Positions 39,134 through 52,921 of a stretch of DNA of 64,000 nt are shown one piece after another. The stretch's first letter is position 1. Every line of letters starts with the position of its first letter. Position numbers and translations under genes: made by a program. This DNA is from Eledone cirrhosa. Its lineage: Eukaryota. The stretch covers positions 213,714,001 to 213,778,000 of the forward strand of contig OZ024741.1 of the NCBI GenBank assembly GCA_964016885.1, written 5' to 3'. Under the pieces are notes generated by a model. That model had not been told where the DNA came from, made no database searches, and was given only the letters and a program-made list of their open reading frames with translations.

Positions 39134-39335
39134 AAAATGTTTGACCCTGACGGCAGAGCTCAAGCCGTTTTGACGAGTATTTATGGACTCTGAGTCCAGA
39201 AATAGCCGTCGAAACGGCTTAAGCTCTGCCGTCGGGGTCAAACATTTTCCTATTAACCACTCTACTACCCTAAGTATTGAGTAGTCTGGTGCGTTATGGT
39301 CAATCTTATTCCTTACCACACCTCCTTCGTTATAT
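39129..39335 (+). mobile_element. Family A palindromic insert (39129-39253, centre about 39191) plus a tail ending in (TA)n
   Basis: Contains the hammerhead 3' half GAAACGGCTTAAGCTCTGCCGTC|GGGG; the core has been lost at the fold-back point. Confidence 0.78.
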
Positions 39336-39364
39336 ATATATATTATATATATCGTTATATATAT

Positions 39365-40552
39365 ACATCCCCAGCTGTCGACCTGTTGACCGAACGAGTC
39401 CGAGCATCTAACTTACACTGCTTCGGACTCACACACACGGACATCCACCAACTCCTCTCCTTCGTTGTGGATAATGCACTCTTCAATTTCCTCGGCCACA
39501 CGTACAAACAAATCTCTGGGCTACCTATGGGCTCTAGTCTGTCCGGCATACTTGCGATCTCGTACATGGACCACCTGGAACGCAAGGCACTCAATACCTG
39601 CCAACCCAACGCCGTCGCCTTCTACTCCAGATACGTTGATGATATCCTGATACTTACTTCTTCCCGGGAGATGGCGAATGAAATTCACCAAATCTTCAAC
39701 GATACTGACCAGCACATCGATTTCACCATTGAACACCCAGGAGAAGACGGGTCACTCGCCCTCCTCGACTTCCGTATCAACATCTCGGAAGAAGGAGACA
39801 TAAACACCACCTTCTACCGCAAAGCAGCGTGCAAGGACTTATTTGTGCATTATAACTCAGCCCTCCCCAACAACGCTAAGAGAGGCTATGTCCTAAATGA
39901 ACTGACACGGATCACTAACAGATGCAGCGACCCGATGGGTGGTCTCACCCATACCACGCAATTCCGTAATCTACTCAGATCTAATGGTTATCCCAAGCGA
40001 CTGATTAACGGAATTAGAGACCCCAGACCCAGTAGACTGGTACCCACTAGAAAACTTAATATTAGCAGGTGCTTCTTTAAAATCCCCCACCTGAGTGAAT
40101 ATACCACGAACGCCATCCGCAGGGCCATACGGACGGAGGGACTTGACATACATTTGGCCCACACAGGACCTTCGCTGCGAAGATGCCTCTCCAACAAACC
40201 CTACGAGGCAGATGGGACGTGTTCCCTCAGCAACTGCCCGATACGGGGGGCAGATTGCCTACGCACCTATGTCGTATATAAAATTCAATGCGATAAATGT
40301 AACAAGTTTTACATAGGTAGCACCATCCGACCCCTACATGTTCGTATCAAGGAACATATCAACACCAACGCATCTTCCTTCCGTAAACATATCCTTAAAT
40401 GCGGAAACCCACAGGGTAGACCCTTGGTCACAGTCCTAGCGACTGAACGCAGCATCGGATCCTTAAGGATAAAGGAAGCACTTGTTATTAAGAACCTCAG
40501 ACCCCCACTTAACAACCGGGCTGAGAGAAATGAGCTGACATGGCTAACTTAA
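39365..40552 (+). CDS. 5'-truncated Penelope-like element ORF: C-terminal part of the RT, Cys-rich linker and GIY-YIG endonuclease, uninterrupted
   Basis: YKQISGLPMGSSLSGILAISYMDHLE; YSRYVDDILI; LALLDF; FYRK; VHYNSALP; CSLSNCPI...CLRTYVVYKIQCDKCNKFYIGSTIRPLHVRIKEH; LRIKEALVI...PPLN. The track's start at 39296 lies in unrelated flanking repeat. Confidence 0.92.
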   Translation, partial: TSPAVDLLTERVRASNLHCFGLTHTDIHQLLSFVVDNALFNFLGHTYKQISGLPMGSSLSGILAISYMDHLERKALNTCQPNAVAFYSRYVDDILILTSSREMANEIHQIFNDTDQHIDFTIEHPGEDGSLALLDFRINISEEGDINTTFYRKAACKDLFVHYNSALPNNAKRGYVLNELTRITNRCSDPMGGLTHTTQFRNLLRSNGYPKRLINGIRDPRPSRLVPTRKLNISRCFFKIPHLSEYTTNAIRRAIRTEGLDIHLAHTGPSLRRCLSNKPYEADGTCSLSNCPIRGADCLRTYVVYKIQCDKCNKFYIGSTIRPLHVRIKEHINTNASSFRKHILKCGNPQGRPLVTVLATERSIGSLRIKEALVIKNLRPPLNNRAERNELTWLT

Positions 40553-41018
40553 CCATAGTGACCATTCACAGCCTACGGCCTGCTATTTTCACACACACGC
40601 ACGTATATGCATACCCATACGCATACACACACACATGTATACCCATACGCTTACACACACACATCTATATTTATACACGCACACATATTTTACAACCTTT
40701 CACACCCTTTGATTTCCAACTTCTACAGCCCACTATCTTTCACACACACACACACTCACACATATACACACTTACACTTATACACACACAGTTACACACA
40801 CATATATATCTACATACACATATCTTACGGCTTTCACACGCTAACGCACCCTCTTGATTTAACCCATTTGGTCAGTAGCTTTTGCCACAGCCTATCACGC
40901 GCACGCGCATTCTTTCCCTCGTTTAAATTTTAAATATTTTTCTCCCCATAACGGCATTCCTGTCTTAACGACATCACAACTTTCTCCGCTTGGCCTGTTC
41001 CCCCCCTTTTGGAACTTT

Positions 41019-41054
41019 TCCCCCGTTGATGGGCGTGAGCCCGAAATATTGGGA
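41019..41054 (+). ncRNA. Degenerate hammerhead fold in the 3' terminal region of the PLE
   Basis: UCCC-CCGUUGA-U-GGGC-GUGA-GCCC-GAAA-UA-UU|GGGA; two core substitutions relative to CUGAUGA. Confidence 0.5.
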
Positions 41055-41292
41055 TTAAATCTCTACTACGGTAACCCTTCTACCTTTGTTTTGTTTTCAT
41101 CTTTGTCTCTCTCAATTTTCACTCTCACCTGTTTTTCCTATCTATATTTCACTTCCTACCTCGAGATTTCCCTTTGCATTGTTGTGGCTTTCTTAAATAC
41201 GTATTTTTATATATATATATATATATAACGAAGGAGGTGTGGTAAGGAACCAGATGGACCATAACGCACCAGAGTACTCAATACTTAGGAGT

Positions 41293-41394
41293 TCATTCTT
41301 TTTAATGAAATTACTCTCGCTCTCTCTCCCTATATATATATATATATATATATATAGGGAGAGGGAGCGAGAGTAATTTCATTAAAAAGAATGA
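41293..41394. repeat. Palindrome centred on a (TA)n tract
   Basis: TCATTCTTTTTAATGAAATTACTCTCGCTC...CCC(TA)nGGGA...GAGCGAGAGTAATTTCATTAAAAAGAATGA. Confidence 0.88.
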
Positions 41395-41531
41395 GCCCCC
41401 GATATATAACCATAGACGTAATACATATAAATCATGTTATAGGTAATACAATAAAACAAACAAAAATGCCAGGTTCATAGACGTTCTTGTCTAAACGTGC
41501 ATTCGCCATTATCAGAACTTGGATGTGCGGC

Positions 41532-44500
41532 TTGCCTTATCAAAATACACAACTCTTCTTTAGAAACAACAAAGAAACACAAGCTGACCACCAAACACTC
41601 TATTTACATACTAAACAATTGGCATTTACACACGTACATGCCTCAACAACAACAACAAAATATATGTTTGTGTGTATATATGTATATACACAGAGAAAAC
41701 AACCAACCCGACTTGTACACGGAAAGAAAGACATCTTTGCTGGTACTCTCAATGTTCAAACACTCCAGAAAGACCATAAAATCCCTGAACTGATTGCTTC
41801 AGCAGGGGCGACCAACCATGATGTTATCTGTCTTCAGGAGCACCGGTTCATACATGAAGAGCTTGTAACAAAGGAGCAAATATTTGGCAATTGGAGGCTG
41901 ATAACCTGCTCAGCTTGGAAAAACAACATGAATGCAGCAAATGGTGGAGAATGCTTTTCAGCCCGCGAGGCCTATGATGCACTTGCGAGTGTTGAAATGA
42001 TAACATCAAGGATAATGATAGCTACGTTTAACGGGAATCCTAAAACCACTGTAATCTCTTGCTATAGTCCAACAAATGTATGTGACATGGCCGAAGTAGA
42101 GAGGTTTTACATGGAACTAACATCACTCACTAGACAAATCCCGAAACATAATGTTCTCATCATTGGCGGAGACTTCAACGCGCATCTTGGACAGCTTGAT
42201 GGATTCAAATTCTCATACCACTCACAAACCAATAGAAACGGTTGTATGCTAAAAGATTACTTGTGTGAGAACAATTTACAATGTCTCAACGCCATATTCC
42301 AAAAAAGACCAGGCCAGCGCTGGACACACAAATCTCCAAATAGCGACAAGACACAACTGGATTATATCATAATCAATTGAAAATGGAAGAACAGCGCAAA
42401 AAACTGCAGAGCATATGACTCGTTTGTTGGTGTGGACTCGAATCATCGCATTGTCTCGGCCAAGATACGATTAGGTCTCCGAGTGGATAAAAATAAATCT
42501 GCAAATGCTACTCCTTACAACTGGGCAGTTCTGAATACCAATCCTGAGACTTACAAAACCTGTGTAACCCAATAGAGCAACCGATTTGCTGCCCTACAAG
42601 ACTTTGCGTCAGCAAAATCGTCAAATTCTACATTTAACCACTTTCAAATGGCATTCAAAGAGGCAGCGGCCGACACCATCCCTTTAAAACCCTAGGTTAA
42701 AAAACGAAAATCCTGGGAAACAGAGAGGATACGCCAAAAGCGCAAAGAGTTGTGAAAAGCTGCAGAATTGAAAGACACTCAACGATCTCCAGGAAGCATT
42801 AGTAACTTTAATGCTGCTTGTACAGCATTCAAAAGTGAGTATGAAATTGAGCAAGCCAAATACATGCAGAGAAAGATCAATCATATCTCGAGTACTGTCA
42901 GCAATAAGAAGTCTGTTGAAGCCTGGAAAACTGTCAATGAGATTAGTGGCAGAAAAAGTAGTGACAGAGCCAAACTGAAAGCCTCCAGCCAAGACGAACG
43001 TTTAAAATTGTGGCAACAACATTTTCAGAACCTACTTGGCAAAGCACCACAGATCATCGAAGAAGAAATAATACCCGTTTTTACAGAGGAACACCAACTA
43101 CAGAAAGGTCCTTTCACTATGGAGGAACTACAGAAGGCAGTGAAAAGTATTGGTAACGGAAAAGCGTGCGGACTCGACGAGATCCCAGCTGAAGTGTGGA
43201 AGGTACCTGAATTTCACCCAATCCTACTAGAGTTGTGTAATGGTGTCTATAATCAAGACCCCATAGACAAATAGACTGAGGGATGTATACTCCCTTTTCC
43301 CAAAAAGGGCGATCTTGGAATGGCTAAAAACTACCGTGGCATAACACTAATGGCAATTGCCGCAAATATATACAATCTCATGCTGTTTGACAGAATAACA
43401 CCTGTCATTGACCCCTTGCTGAGAAAAAACCAAAATGGCTTCCGCACCAACAGATCAACATCGGGGCAAATACTTACAATTCGGCGTATCTTGGAAGGCA
43501 TAAAAGCCAAAAACCTCCCAGCAACTCTCCTGCTTATTGACTTTTCAATATCATTCGATTCCATCCATCGTGGGAGGATGAGAGAGATACTTCTAGCCTA
43601 CGGCTTGCCAAGGGAAACAGTAAATGCCATCATGATGTTATATAAAAACACCCGCGCAATGGTGCGCTCACCTGATGGAGATACCAACTTCTTTGACATC
43701 ATTGCAGGAGTACTCCCAGGGGATACTCTTGCACCATATATTTTTATCATCTGCCTCGACTATATATTGAGAAAAGCCCTGGACGAAAACTTAGAGCTTG
43801 GTTTCACTCTCACAAAGCGAAAGTGTAGACGCCATGCAGCTCAGAAAATCACCGATGCTGACTATGCGGATGATTTAGCGGTCCTCGCTGACTACCTTAA
43901 GGATGCAACATCACTACTTCACAGCATCGAATCAGTTGCAAAGGAAATCGGACTCTATGTCAACGCAGGCAAAACAGAATATATTTGCCTGAACCAAGAC
44001 TCCTCTGTTGGTATGCGAAGTCTAAACGGCGATATAATCAAGCAAGTTGACGACTTCAATTACCTGGGTAGCTATATCGCCTCCACAGAACATGTTAACA
44101 TCAGACTGGGAAAAGCCTGGGGAGCATTGAATGCAATGGAAAAGATATGGAAATCAAACCTGCCGGCCAAACTGAAAGGGAATTTCTTCAGAGCTGTTGT
44201 GGAATCTGTGCTTGTTTATGGCTCTATCACTTGGACTCTAACGCGCGAAACTGGAGAAAAAGCTAGACGGGGCATACACACGTATGCTCCGCGCTGCTTT
44301 AAACGTGTCTTGGCAGGAACACCCAACAAATAGGGATCTCTATGGCAATATACCACCTATCAGCAGGTGGACAGAGACTCAGATTTGCTGGCCACTGTTG
44401 GCGCAGCAAGGAAGAAATAGCAGGTGATGTGTTGTCATGGAGCAAGAAACGCTAGTCGTCCCAAGAAGACATACGTCAAGCAACTTGAGGACGATACTGG

Positions 44501-44660
44501 ATGCACTGCGGAAGAACTGGCAAACGCTATGAGAGACAGAGATGAATGGAGGAAGCGTTTCGTAGAAAGCCGAGCAAGCTCGACCTGATGATGATATATA
44601 TATATATAATGGGTGTGTGTGTGGGGGGGGGGGTATATATACATATATATACATATATAA

Positions 44661-44738
<78 letters not shown>

Positions 44739-44902
44739 CATACATAAAGTGTGTAAATATATCAAAGTGTGTAAGTATATTGCCATATCAAAATACACAA
44801 CTCTTCTTTAGAAACAACAAAGAAACACAAGCTGACCACCAAACACTCTATTTACATACTAAACAATTGGCATTTACACACATAAATGCCTCAACAACAA
44901 CA
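41532..44902 (+). repeat. 123-bp direct repeat pair (41532-41654 and 44780-44902) bracketing the RTE element
   Basis: TTGCC(T/A)TATCAAAATACACAAC...GCCTCAACAACAACA; 3 mismatches counted by eye. Confidence 0.93.
41690..44594 (+). pseudogene. Decayed RTE-clade LINE (APE endonuclease + RT) with a (TGA)n tail
   Basis: GTLNVQTL, ICLQEHR, GGDFNAHLG, QLDYIII; KACGLDEIPAE, NYRGITLM, QNGFR, GVLPGDTLAP, DYADDL, FNYLGS. Multiple stops and frameshifts. Ends ...CTGATGATGA. Confidence 0.92.
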
Positions 44903-45679
44903 TAAAATAAAAAAAATAAAATAAAGCAGTTCTTCCCCAGACTACACATTCAATTCTTCTCCGCATATTTAGCTACGACAATCACCTAACAAACAATTTC
45001 TTCAAGTTACCTCGGACCAGCTAGCAATTATCACAATACAAATAAAGATAGACAAAATCACTTTTACAAACTTTTAAAAAATATATATACATACTAAACA
45101 ATTTTTTTAAATGTCTAAGTAGAATGTGCTCCATCAAGAAAGAGAATCAAGGTTTTTCAGAATACAGCAACACTGCAATTATCAACATAGACACTTCAAT
45201 ACGTACGAAATAATTATAGTCATAACTAGAAAACATCCCACAAGGCAAAATAAAAAAAATAGAAGCCCAATTACATACCAGAAATAGTCCACCTCATAAA
45301 AGCCAGACAATCTCAAACATTATACACTAACTCTACACACAACTGCAATAAAATTCATCGTCAAACAAGTAAAGTAGGACATAACAGTAAAAAAAACAGA
45401 AAAAACAACGTTGCAAGACAGAAAACCTACAAACATTTGTGTCTAACATAAACCACAAGGAAAAAAAAAAACGAAAACAGGTTGTAAAACTGTAATTACC
45501 AGCATCAAAATCAACGGTCACACTTCTACTGCAGTCGAAATAACAACCTCAGGTAATATTGCAACAACTGCAACAGCATGTATAAGACCTTATATGGTAT
45601 TTGTCGAGTATCAGCCACCGAAATATCTTCACAAAAAGAGAGGGAAGTTGAAGAAAAAGAGCTGGTTATCATATTAAAC

Positions 45680-46085
45680 TAAAGAAATGTTTCCATTAGA
45701 CGTACCTTTGGGCATATTTTCTCAACAAGTGGAAAGTTCATTACAAACCTTATCCGAAGAAAGAATCCGATCGTCAGATCAGAACGAGGAAATGTTGTTT
45801 CCAGTGGAATTTCCTTTGCTAAATCAACCTGTGGTCGCAACTCATGGCAGAGGAAAAGACCCAATCATCAGATCGAACCGAAAAAAACAACGCTTCCATT
45901 ACTATTTCCATTGCTGAAACTACCTATCGGTTGCAAATCCAGGAAGAAGAAAGGGGCACATCATCAGAGCAGCCAAGGAAATATTTCCATTGGTTTTTCC
46001 ATAGCCTGATACTTCCAGGCAGAAGAAAGGAGTCGACCGTCAGATGGGACCGAGGAAACACTGTTTCCATTTGTCTTTCCATTTC
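45680..46085. repeat. Diverged ~90-100-bp tandem repeat (4-5 units); one reverse-strand unit at about 53075-53142
   Basis: Recurring TCAGAT...CGAGGAAA...GTTTCCATTG..TTTCC motif. Confidence 0.6.
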
Positions 46086-46097
46086 CTTGTAGGAACA

Positions 46098-46325
46098 AGG
46101 CTTAGTGGCTAAAGCATTGGGCTTGCAATCGAAAGGCTGTGAGTTCAATTCTCGGACCGGGTGATGTGTTGTTTCCTCGGGCAAGACACTATTTCACGTT
46201 GCTCCAGTTTACTCAGCTGTAGAAATGGGATGATAGGACTGGCGTCCCTATCATTAGATCACCCAAGACACCTCCAACGAGGTATACCTTGGAGGAGGCC
46301 AGCTAAACCTGCATAGGAGTGAGCT
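46098..46325 (+). mobile_element. SINE family S2 (tRNA-like head + CORE/V-like central motif); second copy at 52928-53045
   Basis: GGCTTAGTGGCTAAAG...GAGTTCAATTC...GGGCAAGACACTATTTCACGTTGCTCCAG; matched by 52928-53045. Confidence 0.75.
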
Positions 46326-46709
46326 GTCACACACACACGCGCGCACACACGCACGCACGCTCGCTCACAGGAGGAACGGGAAATAACGTTGAAGACCATG
46401 ACGCACTCTCCAGTCCGGTAATCAAACCAACGATATTATGACATTGTGGTCAACACCCTAACCACTAGGTCAGAAAACACGACCATAATATTTACCTCCC
46501 TTCAACCATCAAACAGATAGACCTGAAACTATATCAGGGAACTGTGTTGCCAGATTTGAACAGATACGCGGTATATCCTTGTGCGTCGTACAAGGTGACT
46601 AGAGATACGTAGTTTCGGTTCTTTAGCCCTTATAGTGGTCAACTGATGAGATGGGACTACTGCCTGTATTCGCTAATTTTCCTGACTTCGTCCATATTTT
46701 TTATTCATT

Positions 46710-46894
46710 GGTGGATTGGCTGTATCGGTAGAAGGTCGGACACCATGCTCTGACGCATAGTTACGGCCCTTGCCATTCTCAGTGCAAATCCCGCCGAGGT
46801 TCACTTTGCCTTTCATCCTTACGGGGTCAATAAAATAAAGTACCAGTAATGCACTGGGATAATTGCTGGCCTTGTGCCAAAAGTAGAAACAATT
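46710..46894 (+). mobile_element. SINE S1
   Basis: Colinear with the other S1 copies. Confidence 0.92.
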
Positions 46895-47279
46895 ATATAT
46901 AAATCATTAAGGATGTGATTTCTGCATTATTGTGATTTCTGCATTACTAAAAGTATATTTGGATACCGGCCATCTTTGAAGTATTTAACACAGTTCCTAC
47001 ACCATCCGCGAGATACCACATCTACGATGGAGGATGCGCATAACGTTGAGTACCTTTGATTACTGCATCATGATTTGCAAATCGGAATGACCAGATCCAC
47101 ATATTTAAGTCAGCCAACATAAATGGTACATACATACATAGGGAGGGGCGGTTGTCTGCGGTGTTGACACAAAATGAAACCGCTTGGTGCTGCGGTCGGG
47201 ATCTCTCTCTCTCTCTCTCGCTATCTATTTATCTATCTCTCCCTCTCTCTCTCTCTTTCTCTTTCTCTCTCTCTCTTCT

Positions 47280-47339
<60 letters not shown>

Positions 47340-48325
47340 CCTCTCTCTCTCTGTAGTGTGTGCGTATATTACGTCAATCTAATTCTCCAGTCGAATCAGT
47401 ATGCTACAGCTTTGTATATTTCTCTGCGGAATACTCAACCACTTAGTTTAATTCTCGGGTCGAGCGTTCACTGGATTCCGAGCACGTCACCAGGTTTGGT
47501 GGCCTGGACAAAGTTGGCTTTAAAACATTTTTGGCGAGCCTTCTAATTCATTGTAATTCTAAAACGAAGTTTCCGTATACGCATGCCACTATTTTCTTCT
47601 AAATCTGTGGATATACCAGTGAAACGTATGGGGCGGAGTAGTGTCACCTCCTGCCCACCATATCACCCTCTTGTGGACGAGTACGGCCTTAATCTGCTAT
47701 TACTTTATGTAATGTTTCAGGGTTATGTTTTAGCTTTTAGCTTCCTTTTTGTTGTTTTTTTTTACTTGATTTTAGATTGGAGAGAAATCTTTTGAGTGAG
47801 ATTTGGTTGCTATTTTTAACAGGTTGATCGATCCAGTATATAGGTAGAGATCAGCGTTAAGTATTGGATTGAGCCGGTTACTGCATGCTTGCTTCTCATT
47901 GCTGTTGTTGCAGTTGTTATTACTGATGCCGTCATTGCTGCTAGTTTTCTCAGCCCAGCTCTCAACGAAAGCTATAAATACTCCTGCTACTACTACTCCT
48001 GCTACTACTACTGCTGTTTCTACTACTGCTGTTGCTACTACTGCTGTTACTACAGTTGCTGTTTGTTGCTGCTGCTGCTGCTGTTGCTAATGGCTTGTTG
48101 TTGTTTCCTGCTAACCGATACATCTCAACAGAAAAACCGTTCGTTAGGTTTATGAAATACCGGCATTTCGCGACGTCCAATACGGAGTGAAATTATTATT
48201 ATTATTATTATTGGTGCTTGTAGTGGTGGTGGTGGTGGTGGTGCTGGTGGTGTTGTTTATACACGCTGTGGTCACTTAGCAAAACACAAGACAGTATAAA
48301 ATAAGTATAAATTAAGTATACAAAC

Positions 48326-48374
<49 letters not shown>

Positions 48375-49212
48375 TGTATATATATATATATATATAATCT
48401 GTATATACATATGTATAAGTATGTATGTATATATGTATGCAGGTATATATAGGTATGTATAAGGCATAACTAGAAAACACCACTGCTGTTATTAAAAACA
48501 AGGAAAAGGAAGAAGGAAGCGAATTTATTCAAGCAACATGAGAGAGGTGTAGAGATAGTGGGGGGGTTAAAAGGGTGTAAAAAGACGAAACCTCCCCTTC
48601 CTCTTCCTTTTCCACTTTACCACCTCCTCCTTCCGCCATAACCCTCCACCCCTTCATCTCCCTCTTCCCCTCTCGTAAACCCAGACACGCACACGCACAC
48701 ACACACTCACAACTGTCTAATAGACACATACACACACATACACACACACGCACGCCCAATCACATAATCACCCATACACACGCACAGGTATACAAACTCA
48801 GACACGCTTGCACATTCACACACACACACACACACAGGTACTTAACCAGGGTTACATACCCGGGGTTACAAATACACCCTACGTACGCCCTCCCCCGTCG
48901 AGACATAGAAATAAAGGGGAGAGGGGAAAGGAAAAGGGGGAGTGAGAGTAAAAAGCAGAGATAGAGAGAAAGAACGAAAACGTTTTATATTTACTACCTT
49001 TCACTTTATCGAATTATCTATCAATCCATATTTTATTAGTATTGATACACACTCACACATATATAGATAGATAGATAGATTGATTAACAACGCATTTACA
49101 GATTTTTTAAAATATATATACACGCAACAATCATATTTACATTTACATACACGCGCATAGACACACACACACACACACACGCACATATATACACACACAC
49201 ACACGCACATAT

Positions 49213-49333
<121 letters not shown>

Positions 49334-49456
49334 TAGCATCATATATTAATCACGCACTTGGCGTTTTATTATTATTTTCAAACATAAATAGATTTTCCAC
49401 AGACACCAGTTTATGGACATTTACCTACATTATTAATATATACAGAGAGATAGATA

Positions 49457-49499
<43 letters not shown>

Positions 49500-49899
49500 A
49501 GTCTTACATCAAATCCCTTACCTATCTTTCGATAATTTTTCGTCACCAGTTTGAGAGATTGAAGGGAGAAGGTGATGGGGTGGAGTAAGTGGTGTAATAT
49601 TAGTAGTAATAGTAGTGGTAATAGTAACGATGGAGATATGATGGTGACGGCGGTGATGATGACGATTTGGTTGGAGTAAAAACAAAAAGAACAAAATGAA
49701 ATTAAAAATGAAAAATGAAAAAAAAATGAGGAACAAAACATTCTTTTAGAGGGAAAGAAATGAAAAAGTTTAAAGAATCATCTAAAACGTAAATAACAAT
49801 AGACAATACAACAATGATAGGAGTCAGACATCCGTTGGAGGTAAGTTCGAATCTTGTTCTCTCTGTTTTACTTATTTTCATCCTGGGGTACATGGGTGT

Positions 49900-51130
49900 G
49901 TTTGTGGCTGGGTGTGTGAGATTGTGTGGTTAGTTGTTTGTGTATGATAGTGTGTGTGTGTGTGTGTGTATGTGAGAGAGAGAAAGAGACAGTATGTATG
50001 GCTGTGTGTTTGTGTATGATAGTGAAATTATGTGTTTGTTAGAAAGTGTGAGTGTGTGTGTGAGAGAGAGTATGTCTGGCTCTGTGTGTGTGTGTGTGAG
50101 AGAGAGAGTATGTCTGGCTGTGTGTTTGTGTATGATAGTGAAATGATGTGTTTGTTAGAAAGTGTGTGTGTGTGAGTGTGTGTGTGTGTGCGTGAGTGTG
50201 TGTGTGAGAGAGAGTATGTCTGGCTGTGTGTTTGTGTATGATAGTGAAATTATGTGTTTGTTAGAAAGTGTGTGTGTGTGTGTGTGAGAGTGTGTGTGAG
50301 TGTGTGTGAGAGAGAGTATGTCTGGCTGTGTGTTTGTGTATGATAGTGAAATTATGTGTTTGTTAGAAAGTGTGTGTGTGTGTGTGAGTGTGTGTGAGAG
50401 AGAGTATGTCTGGCTGTGTGTGTGTGTGTGTGTGTATGAGAGAGAGAGAGAGAGAATGTATGTATGTCTGGCTGTATGTGTTTGTGGCTATGTGTGTTTG
50501 TGGCTGGGTGTGTGAGAGAGATTGTGTGGCTGTGTTTGTTTGTGTGTGATAGTGAAATTGTTTGTTTCTTAGAAAGTGTGTGCGTGTGAAAGAGAGAAAG
50601 TGGTCTGGCTGTATGTGTTTGTGTATGATAGGGAAATTATGTGTATGTGTATAAAAGTGAAATTGTGTGTGTCTGTGAGTGAGAAAACGTGTGTGTGTAT
50701 AGGTGTGAGCTAGTAAAATTGTGTGTTTGAGAGTCTTTCTGTGTGTGCGTGTGTATAATAGGGAAAGGGTGTGTGTAATAGAGAAAGGGTGTGTTCGTGA
50801 GAGGGAAAGTATGTGTCAGTGTGTTCGTGTGTGTATGAGAGATATTTTCTCACAAACACGATTTCATTATGTGTGTGTGTGTCTGTGTCATAGTGAAATT
50901 GTGTTTGTGAGAGTGTGTGATAGGGAAGTGTGTGTTTGTGTGTTTGTGAGAGTGTGTGTGATAGGGAAGTGTGTGTTTGTGTGTTTGTGAGAGTGTGTGA
51001 TAGGGAAGTGTGTGTTTGTGTGTTTGTGAGAGTGTGTGTGATAGGGAAGTGTGTGTTTGTGTGTTTGTGAGAGTGTGTGTGATAGGGAAGTGTGTGTTTG
51101 TGTGTTTGTGAGAGTGTGTGTGTTTGTGAG
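49900..51130. repeat. Compound GT-rich minisatellites (variable TGATAGTGAAATTATG...GTATGTCTGGCTG units, then ~40-bp GATAGGGAAGTGTG units)
   Basis: Repeated anchors visible between (GT)n runs. Confidence 0.8.
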
Positions 51131-51779
51131 AGAAAGTCTGAGTGTTTGTGAGAGAAAGAAATTCTGTATGTGTGTGTTTGTGTTTGACAAAGACTGCGAC
51201 TAAGTTTGTTCAGTATGTGTGCGTGTGTGTATACATGTATCGATGTATTTCTGCGTGTGTGTATATATATCGATGTGTGTGCGTGTGTATACATGTGTCG
51301 ATGTATGTCTGTGTGTCTGTATACATGTGTCGATGTATGTCTGTATGCATGTGTCTTTATGTATGTGTTTATTAATGTGTGTGTTTGCATGTGTACGTAA
51401 CTGTATATGTGCACGTATAATTGTGCAAAATAGTAGTGCGTGTCTGTGTGTGAATAGCTGACCTTTTATAAATTGCAGTCACACACACAGACACACACAC
51501 ACACACACACATTTTGCACAATTAATCGTATACAAATTCAATGTGTGTCCATTTGTCTATATGAGACCGTGTACACACACACACACACACACACAGACGA
51601 CTCTGTGTGTGTGTCCATTTATCTATGAGACTGTGTACTCACACACACTTCTCTGTGTGTGTGTGTGTGTTCTTTGTAGACAATGGATTAATTACTAACT
51701 CACTTTGAATTTTATTCTACCTGTCTATATATTTATTATACCTGTCTATATATTTATACATGTGTGTATGTGTGCGCGC

Positions 51780-51844
<65 letters not shown>

Positions 51845-52289
51845 CCTTATTACTGCCAAGTATATGACTCCTCAAGTTATTTTTTTATTGTTTTATACAG
51901 GAACTAATAAGGAAAATCATGAATGTTTCGTGTATATGAGTCTCCCGCTCTCTCCTTATATATATATATATAATTGTGTGTGTGTGTGTGTGTATGCATC
52001 TCTCTCTTTCTCTGTACATATACATAACAGATGACAATTAATAGAGATATAGATATTTATATACACACATTTCAACATACATTGTCAAATACATGCTTAA
52101 ATATACACCTCTGCATTATGCTCGAACTTCCACAAAAGCACAGAAGTAGGCTGCGCAGATACATTATATATATACACACACACGTGTATACATATACATG
52201 TGTATACATATATATATATATATATTTGTTTCATTGAATTCTCTATGGATTCTTATCGCTTATAACTACTAGTAAATTGAATTCTGTAT

Positions 52290-52347
<58 letters not shown>

Positions 52348-52577
52348 CTATGTGTCTAAACATACATGTATGAATATATGTATATTTTAGTTTGTGTGCG
52401 TGCGTACGTCAAGGAATGCACATGTAAATGAAAGTTTGTGTGTGTGTGTGCGTGCTTGTCGTGGAATGCACTTTTGCATTAAAATACTGGTATGTACATT
52501 TCTGTAAATATGTAACTATATTGCATTTATGAATACGGGTTGTAGAATATATTTATTGAAACAAAGAAAATTAATCG

Positions 52578-52651
<74 letters not shown>

Positions 52652-52666
52652 TTATATATATTTATA

Positions 52667-52709
<43 letters not shown>

Positions 52710-52869
52710 AGAGAGAGAGAGAGAGATATAGATAAATATAAATATATATATGTGTGTGTCTGTGTGTGTGTATACATACTCTCATCGCTGTATATAAAGT
52801 TTCGCCAGATTTCTTATATATGTATACGCACACACACACAGCGACAAAGATGCACATGTACATATATTG

Positions 52870-52921
<52 letters not shown>

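Noticed and set aside
39296-39364. N-terminus of the 418-aa ORF as a real start
   Set aside because: It lies in the family A tail and (TA)n. RT homology begins only at about 39365, after motif A has been lost.
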